64,000 nt of DNA from the human T2T-CHM13v2.0 reference genome, Homo sapiens. The stretch lies in assembly GCF_009914755.1 (NCBI RefSeq), contig NC_060938.1. One strand, 5' to 3'. Of the stretch, positions 40,301 through 52,518 are shown one piece after another. Within the stretch, counting starts at the first letter, position 1; every line of letters starts with the position of its first letter. The notes beneath the pieces were generated by a model. That model saw nothing but the letters and a program-made list of their open reading frames with translations, was not told where the DNA came from and made no database searches. Both the position numbers and the translations under genes were made by a program.

Positions 40301-40782
40301 ATGGAGGTGTGGTTCCCAGTCCAGTGGAGTTATATTCCCAGGCGGATTAATGGCTGCCTCTGCTGAGTCATACAGGTCACCAGGGAAGTGAGGGAAAGCC
40401 AGCAGTCACCAGTCTCACTCTGCTCCCATGCAGCTGGCAGTCCTAAAGGCCGGTCTCACTCCCACCTTGCCACCCCAACAGTACTGAATCTATTTCCAGG
40501 CAGCCAGTGACCAGGGCTGAGAACTTGCCCCAGACCACAAGTCTCCGCATTGAGAAAGCAAGCAGACTCATGTTTTTTTTTTGTCATTTCAGGGAGCCTG
40601 CAGCGATGATCCAGCTCCTTCAAAGGGTCTGTGGATTATCTCAGCTTCCCTGGTACGTTCCTGTGGTAGCTCTTGGAGCAAAAGTTCACGATGTGAGTCT
40701 CTACACACTGCTTTGTCTGTCTGAGTGGGAGCTGCAAGCTAGTCCTGCCTCCTGTCCGCCATCTTAATCTGCCTGACTCTCC
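34305..40782 (-). mobile_element. Full-length decayed L1PB1 with L1PBa-type 5'UTR
   Basis: L1PB1 3'UTR (ttcaataggtttttggggaac); ORF2 EN (ISILTLNVNGLNAP) and RT ([14 protein letters not shown]) fragments; ORF1 fragments; 5'UTR starting aagatggcggacaggaggc on the minus strand; 16-bp TSD ctttttaattgtattt at 34289-34304 and 40783-40798. Confidence 0.93.
34894..35196 (+). mobile_element. AluSc-like element nested in L1PB1, with an (AATC)n tail
   Basis: Alu body; TSD aatctcc at 34887-34893 and 35197-35203. Confidence 0.93.
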
Positions 40783-40980
40783 CTTTTTAATTGTATTTAT
40801 TTATTTTTGTGATTGCCTTCTACTAATGACAAGGATGTGGCTTTTTCTCTATGGCAGTGATATAAATTTTCCTTATAAAATAAATTTAATTCAGATAAAA
40901 TTAAAAGGGAGAGGAGAGGAGAGTAGTTTGCTAATGTGTCCCAAATACTACAACACTCTCTAGTACACAGAAGATGCTCA

Positions 40981-41420
<440 letters not shown>

Positions 41421-42561
41421 TCAGCAGCTTATGAGTGCAGGAATCTGCCTTTCCTCTTACATTTGTTCATGTGGCTTATTCTGTCTTACATTTCTTTAAG
41501 CACTTGAAACTCTTGCTCATGCTTCTTCCTCCACCAGAAATGCCTTTACCGGTTTCTTTGTCTGTTAATTACTCATTCTCCAAGGTTCTGAGATCTCCTA
41601 GGTATTTGCATCTAGAAGCTAACCTTCTGGGGAACCCCCAAAAGGGGCAGCCTTCTGACACTAATTCCACAGGTGGGGAGCTCAGAGGGCACTTCTGAGC
41701 TCTTCATCCCCCAATGGTAACAGACAGAGCCTGGATTTGAGTGAGGCCCATCTAATCCCACCTGCCTGCAGTCTCTACTATATCTTAGCATCACCATAGG
41801 CATAAACACCATCAGGTACCAAGATGAGCATCTCAGGAACATCTTAGGAAGGGATCATGGCAGAGTCAAAGATATTGAGGATATAACTAAGTGAAAGAAA
41901 GAGTAACGGTAAGCAAGGTCCCCAAAGCCATACCTCATATTCAAAATGGCAACATAAACTCTGTGTTATGGACTGGAGATAGAAAAGAAAAGCTGAGGAA
42001 AGGACTGAAAGATGCCTTTTCTCTTCATACTCTTTGCTCCTATGTATGGTTGCACAGAAACTTACCCAGAAAAAATGTTTTGTTCCTTAAAATACATTCA
42101 GAGAAGGAGATTACTCAATTCATTTGCTCTGAGCATTGACTGAGACCTACAAACCCCACCCAATTACCTGCGGTTTTCAGTTTTTCTGAACTCCACCCTA
42201 TGCTCTGCGTAATCTACTGCCATCAGGGATGAAACATCTGGCTCCATAAGTACTCCACCCCCACCTCGGTTCAGGCCAGCCCACCCAACCTAAGGGAAGA
42301 AGTGGAAGAATACGATGGAATCAATGGAAATCCACTGAATCTTCTAAGAAAAGAACAAACATATCAGATTGACTTGCCGTGATGTCTTGTTTTATTTATA
42401 GAGTTTATTTGATTATTTTTCAACTAAAAAGAAAGCCATACTCATTATAGACAACTGGGAAAAGTAGAAAGAAGAAGAGAATCAATTGGTCTTACTACTT
42501 AAAGAAAATGAATGTTCAGTTTTGGTGAATATACTTCCAGGAACTTTTTCTAGCCATATTT

Positions 42562-42974
42562 GTATTGGTCAGGATGGACTAGGTTATGCTGCCGTAGCAG
42601 CAGCAACAACAAAAAATCCCCAGATATACAAGGTTTAAATCAACATGATTTTATTTCTCATTTGTGCTCTGAGTCTAGCACAAGTCTGTACAGGGGCTCT
42701 AGCTCTGGTGACCACTGAGGGGTGTACAGTTGGCAGAAGAAATCAACTTCAATACAACTTGGTTGCTGTCCTGGAGGGGAAAAGTTCTAGAGCCTAACAC
42801 TGATCACCAAATGATCCAATCAGGAAGTGATAGGTGGCACTTCCACTTCATTGGCCAGAACTGGTCATGTGACTCTACACAACCACAAGGGGCCAGGAAG
42901 TGCCAACCTGTGATGTAATTAGACAGAAGTGGGGGAGTCAGAAACATCTGATGAACAATGTTAAGAACTACACA
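42562..42974 (-). mobile_element. MLT1I-like LTR
   Basis: tgtattggtcaggatggactaggttatgctgc...cattggccagaactggtcatgtg...tgaacaatgttaagaactacaca. Confidence 0.7.
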
Positions 42975-42989
42975 TTATTACTGGAGGGG

Positions 42990-43560
42990 TGTTTTTCTAA
43001 TTCCAAAAAAATACATGCTGACAGTAGAATATTTGAGAATCAGTAAAGCATGAAGAAAATAAAAACCACTTATAGTCCCACCATTCACTTACCACTCCTT
43101 CAGGTGTGGAGGGCTATATTGATTTTCTTCTGTGCTTATATAAAAATAAGAATGTTTTAAAGAATATTTGGACCATATTGTACTTCCTGCTTTGTAATCC
43201 ACTATTCCTACTTAATATATCATGTACCGTTTTTTAGAGTGTTAAGTATTCTTATATACCACACACAGTATTTCATCTTATGTTTTTACACAATTTCCTA
43301 ATTATTTTATATTTAAGTTTTTTCTATTTATATTTTGTGATTAAATATGTGTGCATGTACATACATAAAAATATGTACACACACGTATGTACATTCACTT
43401 ATTTTCATACATTATTGCATACATATTTGTCTGTATGATTATAAACTGTCTCTAAATGAAGTTTCCAATGGAGAATCTAGTATTTTATTGTGCATATTAA
43501 ATAGTATACTTAATCTTTTTGCCATTTTGGTAGTTTCCAATCTTCTACCAGCATAAATAA
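42990..43560 (-). mobile_element. Ancient L1M 3' fragment
   Basis: AT-rich with L1ME-like ccatattgtacttcctgctttgtaat and ttccaatcttctaccagca. Confidence 0.45.
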
Positions 43561-43929
43561 TACTTCAGTAGACTTTAAGAAACTTAGAATTATTTAAGGC
43601 ACTTACAGTTTTTCAGTGGGCTAGAGTCTGAGGAGGAATATCATGAAATCACATTTTACAGACATTTTAAGGCACTTGACTAATAACATCTTTAAAGGAA
43701 AATGTTCGTTTTGAAGAATGAATAAGTGAGTGAATTAAATCACCAACAACTTATCAGATGCTGAGAATTGGCAAAAAAGTCTCCAAGGGTTCCCTTCAGT
43801 AAGACCCTTTTGTTGGAGCTGATATTTTTAAAACACCAATTTTTTATTTTGCCCTTACAAGTATCTAGTGAAAGAGGCTTAAAGAATGGAACCGATTTCC
43901 AAGTGCTGGCTCCCTGTGAGGTGCAGTGT

Positions 43930-44370
43930 TGGGAACTTTCTATTTTCTAATGTAATGACCACAATGTTTCCATTAGCTGAACTTTAAAAATCGCCGTGTT
44001 ACAGACCAAACAAGGTGCAAGCTCATGATCACAAAGGGGAAGAAACAGAGTTGGAACTCCAACATGGTAGACTCAAATTTATGTCCTTTCTCATAGGATG
44101 GCAATTGACCTAATAGCAACTTGCACAATGGAGAAAGACACCCACAATTAAGTAATAAAATGGGTATCATTGTGTGATTACTTCAGGGAATAAGAGCGAT
44201 ATGTACTGTAACATTCAGCTGTGGGGGACTGAGTCACGCCATGACAGTGGGTTAACTCTGTGCACAGAAAGGAAAGCTTTACTCCACATGTTTTATTGCC
44301 AATGAAGTCACACTTTGACCCTCCTTGCACTTTATTACAGTTGCCACAGGACATTTTACTCCAAACAATA
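43930..44370. promoter_or_regulatory. Candidate conserved non-coding element / enhancer
   Basis: Unique; acaatg x2, cacaaag, caattaag, TGAGTCA (AP-1, 44230-44236), tgacag and ttttatt. Confidence 0.4.
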
Positions 44371-45679
44371 AGCCATCCATCCCTTAAGCAAACCTTGCCT
44401 CCCCTCCATTGCCTTCCCTTACTTGACTAATCTTACACTATCTTATACCTCCATACTATTCTGCACCTTATCCAGTCGCCAGACGTTGCAGCACTATTTG
44501 GGACCTCTCTGCCTATTTGATGTTATCATTGTCTTAAGCCAGTTTCTGGGACAACCTTTTCTACTGTCAAGGCCAAGCAGTGAGTTAAGAGACCTAGGTC
44601 TACATCCCTTACTATCTGGGAGACCTGGAGAAAATCATCTGGGGTCTCTGATGGTAATTTTTCTCATTTGCAGAATGCGGGTAATGTTGTTACCCTGCCT
44701 GCATGAAATCTTATAAAACACTTTTGTAAATGTAATGTGTTATGCAAATATTACTAGTTTGTAGGTATTTTTTGGTTTAAATTTTAAATTAGTAAGTTTG
44801 GAGTTAGTGATATGACTGGTGTTTGTGGGTTTTTGGTTTTTGTTTTCCTACAAAGATGAAATTAACTTAAGCAAGTTAACGTTCTCCTTTTGAAAAACCG
44901 ACATGTTCCCAGTTTTTGTCTTTCATCCTTTATCCATTCCTCGCCTTTCCAAAATTAACCAGTCTCTTGGCTGTGTCTAGGGACTTGCCTTCCACCTCTC
45001 ATTTGTGCCACTCAATGTCAACTCCAGATCTCACAGCATGCCACAGATGCCAATTTACAAGCCAGAGAACTCAACTATTAATTCTTCACTCCAGTTCGAG
45101 CTCTCATTCCCCGCACTGTAATCTACAGCCATAACTGTATAGCAGCAAAATCCGTCACCCTCACAGGCCCCTTCCTGTCAGCTCTGCACAAGTCTGAACT
45201 TTTTGGCTTCTCACAACACTGCAAGAGGAAAAGGGCATGGTTGATGGCATGGATGAAGGTCATGGCTCTGCAGTGTAGCGAGTTTTTCACCACAGTTGAG
45301 CTCAACGTCCTTCTTCTTTTTGGATTGGGGAGAAATGAAGGTGAAGCTATATGACGAGAAAGTCATTGCACTGGGGTTGAGAAACTGGCATCAAAGTCTA
45401 CCCTTCCTTATCCTGTTTTGCACCAGTTTCACATCAGTTTTCTAGCTGTGCGTCCTTGGGCAAATCCCTTCACCTCTCCATATCTTATTTGTTTCACTTG
45501 TAAAGTTGGAATATTAGTAAGTGAAACATAATTTATTGAGAGGCTTCTTAAATAGACTCTACACATATATAAGTACCCAATAACAACAACAATTATATCT
45601 CAGGTTTATGGAGTGTGTAGCACAGGTACAAAAAACTGCATTTTTTATACATTATCTCAACAAATCCATAAAGTGGTTC

Positions 45680-46183
45680 ATCAGCTAGGAAATTTGCTCA
45701 TTGTTAGTAACCAAAATAACAGTGGCTTAGATAATTTAGATGTTATTTTTCTTTTACATGACATGAACCTCCACACAGCTGCTATGGTGACTGTACATTG
45801 AATCAGTGACCCAAAATCATTCATTCCCACTTTCTACTCTGCCATCCTTAGCTCATTGCTTCCATCTTCAAGGTTGCCTCATGGTTGCAAATTGGCTGCT
45901 GCATCCCTTAGCCATCATGCCTACATTCTAAGCAGCAAAAGAGAAAATAGGACTGAGGCATAGAGGTCAGCCTCCTAGACTAGTTGACTCTCTTTAAAAG
46001 TTTTTCCCAGAAACTCCTTTGGATGATGTCCATCTAAATCTCTTTGGCCATCCCTGTCTGAAAGAGAGGCTGAGAAAAGCAGTATTTGGCTGGGCACATT
46101 GATGCTCTCAGTAATGCCAGAGTTCATTCAGTGAGAATGAAGAGGGGGCGGATATTGTATAGGTAACTAGTAGTTTCTGCCAT
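45680..46183 (-). mobile_element. MLT1J-like LTR
   Basis: aacagtggcttaga...ctctgccatccttag...ggctgagaaaagcagtatt...ggatattgtataggtaactagtagtttctgccata. Confidence 0.65.
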
Positions 46184-46358
46184 AGTAAGGTACTTTTATA
46201 CTAACTTTACAGATGAAGAAACTAAGTTAAGCAACTTGTTAAGGTCATCTAAAGTTCAAGAGTTAAAATTCAAAATCAGGCTGGATCCGGAGCTCCAAAT
46301 CCTAATCTGTGTGCTCCATAAACACAGGACAATGGGTAGTCAAAAAATCCAGCTTTGA

Positions 46359-46746
<388 letters not shown>

Positions 46747-47809
46747 GTATCTGAGACCTTGACTGAACATAGTAGATGCTCAATAAACAGAAGTTTCAGA
46801 TTTTTAACACCCTGCCACATACTGTGATGTTACTCAAGAGTCCCACATGCTAACACACTTCCCAAGAGACATATAAACTGCTGAAGCCCAAAGAAGACTG
46901 TCCAATATCCCTTCTAGCCTGGACTGCCCGGTCAGGTTGTGAATTTCCTAAAAGTAGGGGTTTTTTCCTGGCACTTGGTAGACCCTGGGTCATAGTTGGT
47001 TGACTGACAGACAAAATACTTTGTTTCCTTTTAGGCATTATGTGACTCTCCCCTGTGTATCACTTAGTAGGACAAAGATGCGTGCAAAGAGAGGCCTTAT
47101 GACCAGACATGTGTATACATACATGAGTACATGGGCCTGGATGCACATGTGTGTACATGTGTGTTTGAGCATGGTGCTAGGGAAAAGCAACATGAGAAGA
47201 GGAGATTCCAAATAGAACTCCAGCTCTCCCTGAAATTCTCAAAGTGTATCATTCAAGTTAAAGCGTATTCTGATATTAATGAAGTGGATGAGGAAAAAAA
47301 CATGAACAACACGTATGGTGTAAGTGTTAATTATCAAGACACACATTTATTTTATTTTAAGAAAAAAGAAGCTTCCGTAAATCATCCCAAAAAGCAGAAA
47401 GAAAAAGAAAATCACATAATTTTGAGATGTCCACTGGGATACAGAAAAGCTACTTCCGAGATACTCTCAATCTGCTTCTGCAGGGAGGGATGTATTGGTC
47501 TAAAATCTATAGCCAGTGTTCCCATGTTTACTTATTTAATCATCTATCATTATGGTTCCTAGAGTAGAAGCAAAGGAAAAGTAAGGTTGTTGATCTGGTC
47601 TACATTTCTTCCCTTTCTTGAGACTGCCTATCCAGCTGTCCAGACAATGGGCGTAAATCCTTGACCTTGACTAAGAACATTAGCTTTGACTAAGAACAGA
47701 GAGAGGTGACAAGCCATTGTTCTGGGGCAGACTGCCTGATTCTGGAAGTCAAAGGCCCTAACTCCCACCTTTGAGTTTTCACCCAGGACTGGGTGGCAGA
47801 ACCCTGCTG

Positions 47810-48132
47810 TTTCCATTCACATCAAATATGTACCCGCCTCAGAGCCTTTGCATGGGCTGTTCCCTACCTGAAATCCTGTCCCTCCAGGAATTCTGAGGTT
47901 AACTCCTTTGCTTCAATCACATCTCTCTCAAATGTCCCCCCGTGTCCCCACCACTCTTTTCTGACCCTATTTACACACACACACACACACACACGCTTCT
48001 TTTTTTATGTCTCTCCCACTGGGATGTAAACTCCATGGTGTCAGGATTTTGTTGCAGTTACTACCATATCTCTAGTGTTAGAAGAGTGCCTGGCACATAT
48101 TAGTTGCTCAATAAATATTTGTTGATGAATGT
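47810..48132 (+). mobile_element. L2 3' end
   Basis: cctcagagcctttgcatgggctgttccc...tgtaaactccat...gtgcctggcacatattagttgctcaataaatatttgttgatgaat. Confidence 0.8.
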
Positions 48133-48580
48133 GTAAATGCTTTGACAAGCATCATTCCCAGAGAGAATTAAACTGACTTCAGCCAACTAATTTTACCACA
48201 TTTCCAGGTCTAAACATCCAAATCCTTCCAATCTTTCAAACCCAATTTGGAGTCTACCTCTTTCTCAGTCAGGAAAACCTGGTCCTTCTTTAAGACACTC
48301 TCTAGCTGTGATAGACAGTCACCACTATTTATGCCATCTCAGTGCTACAAATGTTCCCATCCCACTCTTCCATTGGACTGCTTTACAATTAGCCTCCTGG
48401 GGGGTTGGTCTACCTAGAGGTATTGATTTCTTTCTGATTATGTTTCTGTGTAGACATGGCTGCAGCTCATTTCTGTATGATCCCTGTTGTATCTAGCATG
48501 AAGTTTTAATGGTAGTTCGCATTTATTTAGCATTTGCTATGGGCCAGGTGCCATATAAAATGCATTACATGCATTAAATT

Positions 48581-48686
48581 AGTGGTTTTCTTGTTCCTTT
48601 TTTTTTAAAAAAGATAAACTGAAAACAAATACATTTTACATTTCAATCTGGTAAATGATATGCATGTATCTGTATGTGTATATAAA

Positions 48687-48745
<59 letters not shown>

Positions 48746-49160
48746 ATAGCCATATCTATAGCTATACTAATGCTGAAACCAAAATTTTAAGACAATATTC
48801 TCATCTTTCCTATGCGCAGTGCACATTGCTATTTTTTATTCTATTTAATTTTTTTTTTAAAAAATGCTAATTGCAATCCAGCAAACCAGGGGTCATCAAA
48901 CTATGGCCCTTGGACAAAATCCAGTCTACCACCTGTTTCTGTTAATAAAGTTTTATTGGAATACAGCCATACCATACTCATTTGTTTATGCATTAGCTAT
49001 GGGTGCTTTTGCATTACAAAAGCAGAGTTGCAACAGAGACCATCATGGATGCAAAGTCTAAAATACTATCTGGCCATTTACAAAAAGAGTTTGCCAAAAC
49101 TTGCATTAAACTGACTTTAGATTCATGAATGAGTTGTGACGTATGGTTTGAAAAACACTA
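48581..49160. mobile_element. Charlie4-like hAT relic containing a (TG)n(TA)n microsatellite (about 48687-48743) and a nested MER58A
   Basis: Ends agtggttttc and gtttgaaaaacact; internal aaaaaatgctaattgcaatcc. Confidence 0.5.
48887..49103 (+). mobile_element. MER58A hAT MITE
   Basis: caggggtcatcaaactatggccc...aataaagttttattggaa...tactatctggccatttacaaaaagagtttgcc; degenerate TSD cagcaaac/cattaaac. Confidence 0.85.
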
Positions 49161-49629
49161 TATTTGCTCATCTCATTTTGACAATCGCCCTTTAAAGGAG
49201 GTACTATTGTGATCTTCATTTACAAGTGAGCAAACTGAGGAACAGAGGAAGAAACTTGCCTGGGGACGTGTGACTGGCTGGCATCAGAGTGGGTTTGACC
49301 TAAGTCAGCCTAGAAGCAGAGCCAGTGGCAGTTAACTAAGACAAAATTCTGCTCCTCTCCTGAGAGGAGTTTAATAAATGTTTGTTGGTCAAAGGAATGC
49401 TGCACAAATTATATTTGTAATTTTTAAAAAATTCTTGCTGGTGGGCTTTGGAAGAAATGTTGGCCTCGTTTTCCACCACATCTCTGAATAAGGGAATGAT
49501 ACCAATGACCATTTTGAAGGGGATACAATGTAGAAAATCATTTCAGTTTAATTTCTCATTACCAATATAGGCTCGGCTATTTTGATGAATTCATTATCAA
49601 AACCTGACCTCCTGCATGGAAATATACAC

Positions 49630-50066
49630 ACAGATGCTAGACCAGGAGCTTCAGACATGCCTCCCAATGACTGCTGTTCCTGAGTGATGCCCTCCGGTGG
49701 AGTGTGGGTTGGCACTAGTGACTCTTATCTCACCAATATCATACAGAGAAGGTGCTGGGATATTATGTTTGAGAGTGCATTGCAGAAGACTATCTCATCT
49801 GTCTTGCTCACACTTTCTCCTGACTGCCACTTGCTCGTTCACATGAAGTGAGTGCCATATCGTGATCACCCTACAGAAAGGCCCATGTAGCAAGGGGCTG
49901 AGGGAGACCCATAACATTTGCAGAGGCCCTGAGTGGGGGGATCCAGCCAAGCCATGCCTGCATTTCTGATCCTATAGAAATACAAGTGTATTATAGATAA
50001 CACAAGTGTTGTTTCCAGTTGCTCAGTTTTGGAATAATTTGTTATGCAGCAATAGATAATGATTAC
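49630..50066 (+). mobile_element. MLT1 (F/H-like) LTR
   Basis: gaaaggcccatgtagcaaggggctgaggg...ccagccaagccatgcc...taatttgttatgcagcaatagataatgattaca. Confidence 0.75.
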
Positions 50067-50829
50067 AACACACTACTTTGTTATGATTTGGGTTTCTGGA
50101 ATCCTCATCAATCAACAAATACATCTTCAGCACCTACTTGGTGCTCAGTCCTATGAAAAGTGGAGCTATTCAGAGTATAAGCTTCCTGCCCTCAGGGAGC
50201 ATTCGATCTGGTTAGAGAGTAAGATGTCAGAACTGGACTTTGTGTTCTTAACCACAGTCTAACTTTTGGTCAGCTGCTCTTCATCCAAGATGAAGAGGAC
50301 TGTATTCATTTATTCTCTTCAGTTGAATGCTGCCTTCTCTAGTTCCCCATAGATTTTCCTGGCATGAGTCCCATCTTAGCTGCCCAGCTTGGAAACCTGT
50401 CCTGAAAGTGAGGAGCTGGGAGCCTTCCCAAAGCATACTTGGACTTCCTTGGTCCAGCACCCCAAAGCCACGTGTTGACTCAAAAGGAGCCATGAGCAAG
50501 GCCTGATATTACCACAAATAATCTGGTTTCTGAAAGTCGAAAATGAACCAGATGGCTTTTAAGGAAAACAGGACACACATCGGATTCCAATTATATTAAA
50601 ATGATGACCCAATTTAGGAAAACACAAAGTGTAATAAAAAAATGTTTAAATAAACAAAATCTGCATATTTATGAAACTATAATATTCGCTGGGCTCCTCA
50701 CTTTGGATAATGAATTTCTAAACTAGACTGATTGCATTCCAAACTTACACTGACTCCGGGCTTGGAGAAGTCTGCAGCACTGTTTGGAATTGCAGACTAT
50801 CTGGAGAAAAAAAAAAAATATTTAGCATG

Positions 50830-51870
50830 TGTGTCGGCAGCCAATTCAGGAAAAGGAAAGGTCAGCTCTATACAAATGTGATCTATCCGATTCTGATGCA
50901 ACCAAGAATAGTCAACGCTCACCCTGCGTTATTGGCTGAACACTCTGACACCTCTCCCTGGCGGCAGTAGCTGTCACCCGCAAACCTCCACCGCCACTGG
51001 CAGACCCGGTGCTGGGCTGGGTTGGCAGGGAGAGCCTCGGATTTATCTATTTATTTTTCCAGATAAATTAAAAACTCAGGGGGCACTTAAAATAAATTAG
51101 CAACTGCTCCTGACGGTGTCTTTCTTGCGGTGTCACACATTTGAAATTTTGGCAAGGACTAAGTTGCCTCACCATCTTTTCCCACCAAGCGCAAACTGCT
51201 AACGGAACAGTGCGCTCGTGTGAACAGGCACGTCGCTGGAGCAGTTATTAATTCAGGAAAGGGTGATCCACTGAGTGTCCAGGGTCACCAAAATGCTTGC
51301 AGGGTTACACCGTCTCTGGGGGACCCATGCGAGGCTTCATGAGGCCGGGGAAGAAGGCCAGTTTCTTCTTAATTGTACTGAAACGCTGAAACGGTTTTCA
51401 AATGGAATTTCATTTCACCTATCCCAGGGAGCGCATCTCTTTTAATTTTATGCATAGTATTTTTAGAGAATTACATTTTCTAGATAGGATGATGTATAGC
51501 TCACCTCTTTCCTTGTAGTGCCTACAGTTATTTAATTGGCAACTATTTACTGAGCCTCCTTTGTACCCAGCACGTAGGTCACGGCAGTGGCCGAGGATCA
51601 CGTAATCCCGGTCTTGATGGGGTGGCATCACCATCTGCAGTGTATGAGGATGACAGTGATCGCCACGCAGCATTGATGGAAGCTAAAATCAGCACCTAAG
51701 AACCAAAACGGCAGAGAGAAAGAGCCCGTTCCGAAACCGTTACGCAGAACTGGCGAGGGGAATGTCCAACTTACCAGACCGTGGTCCAAATGCTCACTTC
51801 CTCAACAGGGAGCTTTCTTCCATGGCCGAACCAGCACCCCCGCCCGTCTACTCCTTCACATGGGCACGAT
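50830..51870. promoter_or_regulatory. CpG-enriched unique patch (weak orphan island, candidate distal regulatory element)
   Basis: Visibly higher CpG density than the flanks; attgg, cacgtc, attaatt, tgtcac and ataaatta motifs. Confidence 0.5.
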
Positions 51871-52484
51871 GGACCCAAGAGAAGGGCAATTTTCTGTTGC
51901 TATTATTTCAATTAAATAGCTGCTTTGAGCCTTTATTTCTTATATTAATATCTCTTAAGCAAAAGTAAATGTGTCTTTTCTGGTTCTATGAGAAAAAATA
52001 GTTACAAAGTCTGTATAATATTAAATGAGAAGAAGTTTTCACTCTCCTTTCATGATGTAATATTCATTTATATCAATCTCCACCTCTCAATAAAATTTTC
52101 CACACTCATCATCAATGTGAACCAAGAATTAGAAAGATATAAATGTCAGAATCTTTTAAAGGCACTGTATTATACAACATTCATTCTATTATTATATTCT
52201 CGAATCATTCCTTTTAGGTGAGTAGCTTTTATTGAAAGGGTCTATATATATATTTTTTAGTTAATAAATTTACTGTCAGAAAAGCCCTTCATTATGGGAA
52301 CCTGCGTAATTTCCTACCTGGGATGTAATATAAACCAGGAACTCCTTACTTTTAGGTAATTTTCTTGGAAGCTCCTAATTTTACTACAATATAGCATCTT
52401 CCAGAAGATTATTTTTGATATTTTTAAAGTGTATTTTTAAAGTGTATATTCCTCAAAGTTTTTTTTTCTTTTACTTTTCAATTG

Positions 52485-52518
<34 letters not shown>

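Noticed and set aside
47131-47562. 143-aa ORF in unique sequence
   Set aside because: No recognisable motif, it starts in (tg/ca)-rich sequence, and this length is expected by chance.
47667-47699. Short local duplications (ttgactaagaaca x2; also ccccgatgaa x2 near 8052-8075)
   Set aside because: Ordinary slippage duplications with no further structure.
50950-51002. CTCF-like motifs (ccgccagggag; ccgccactggcag)
   Set aside because: They mismatch core positions and cannot be called without PWM scoring or ChIP data.
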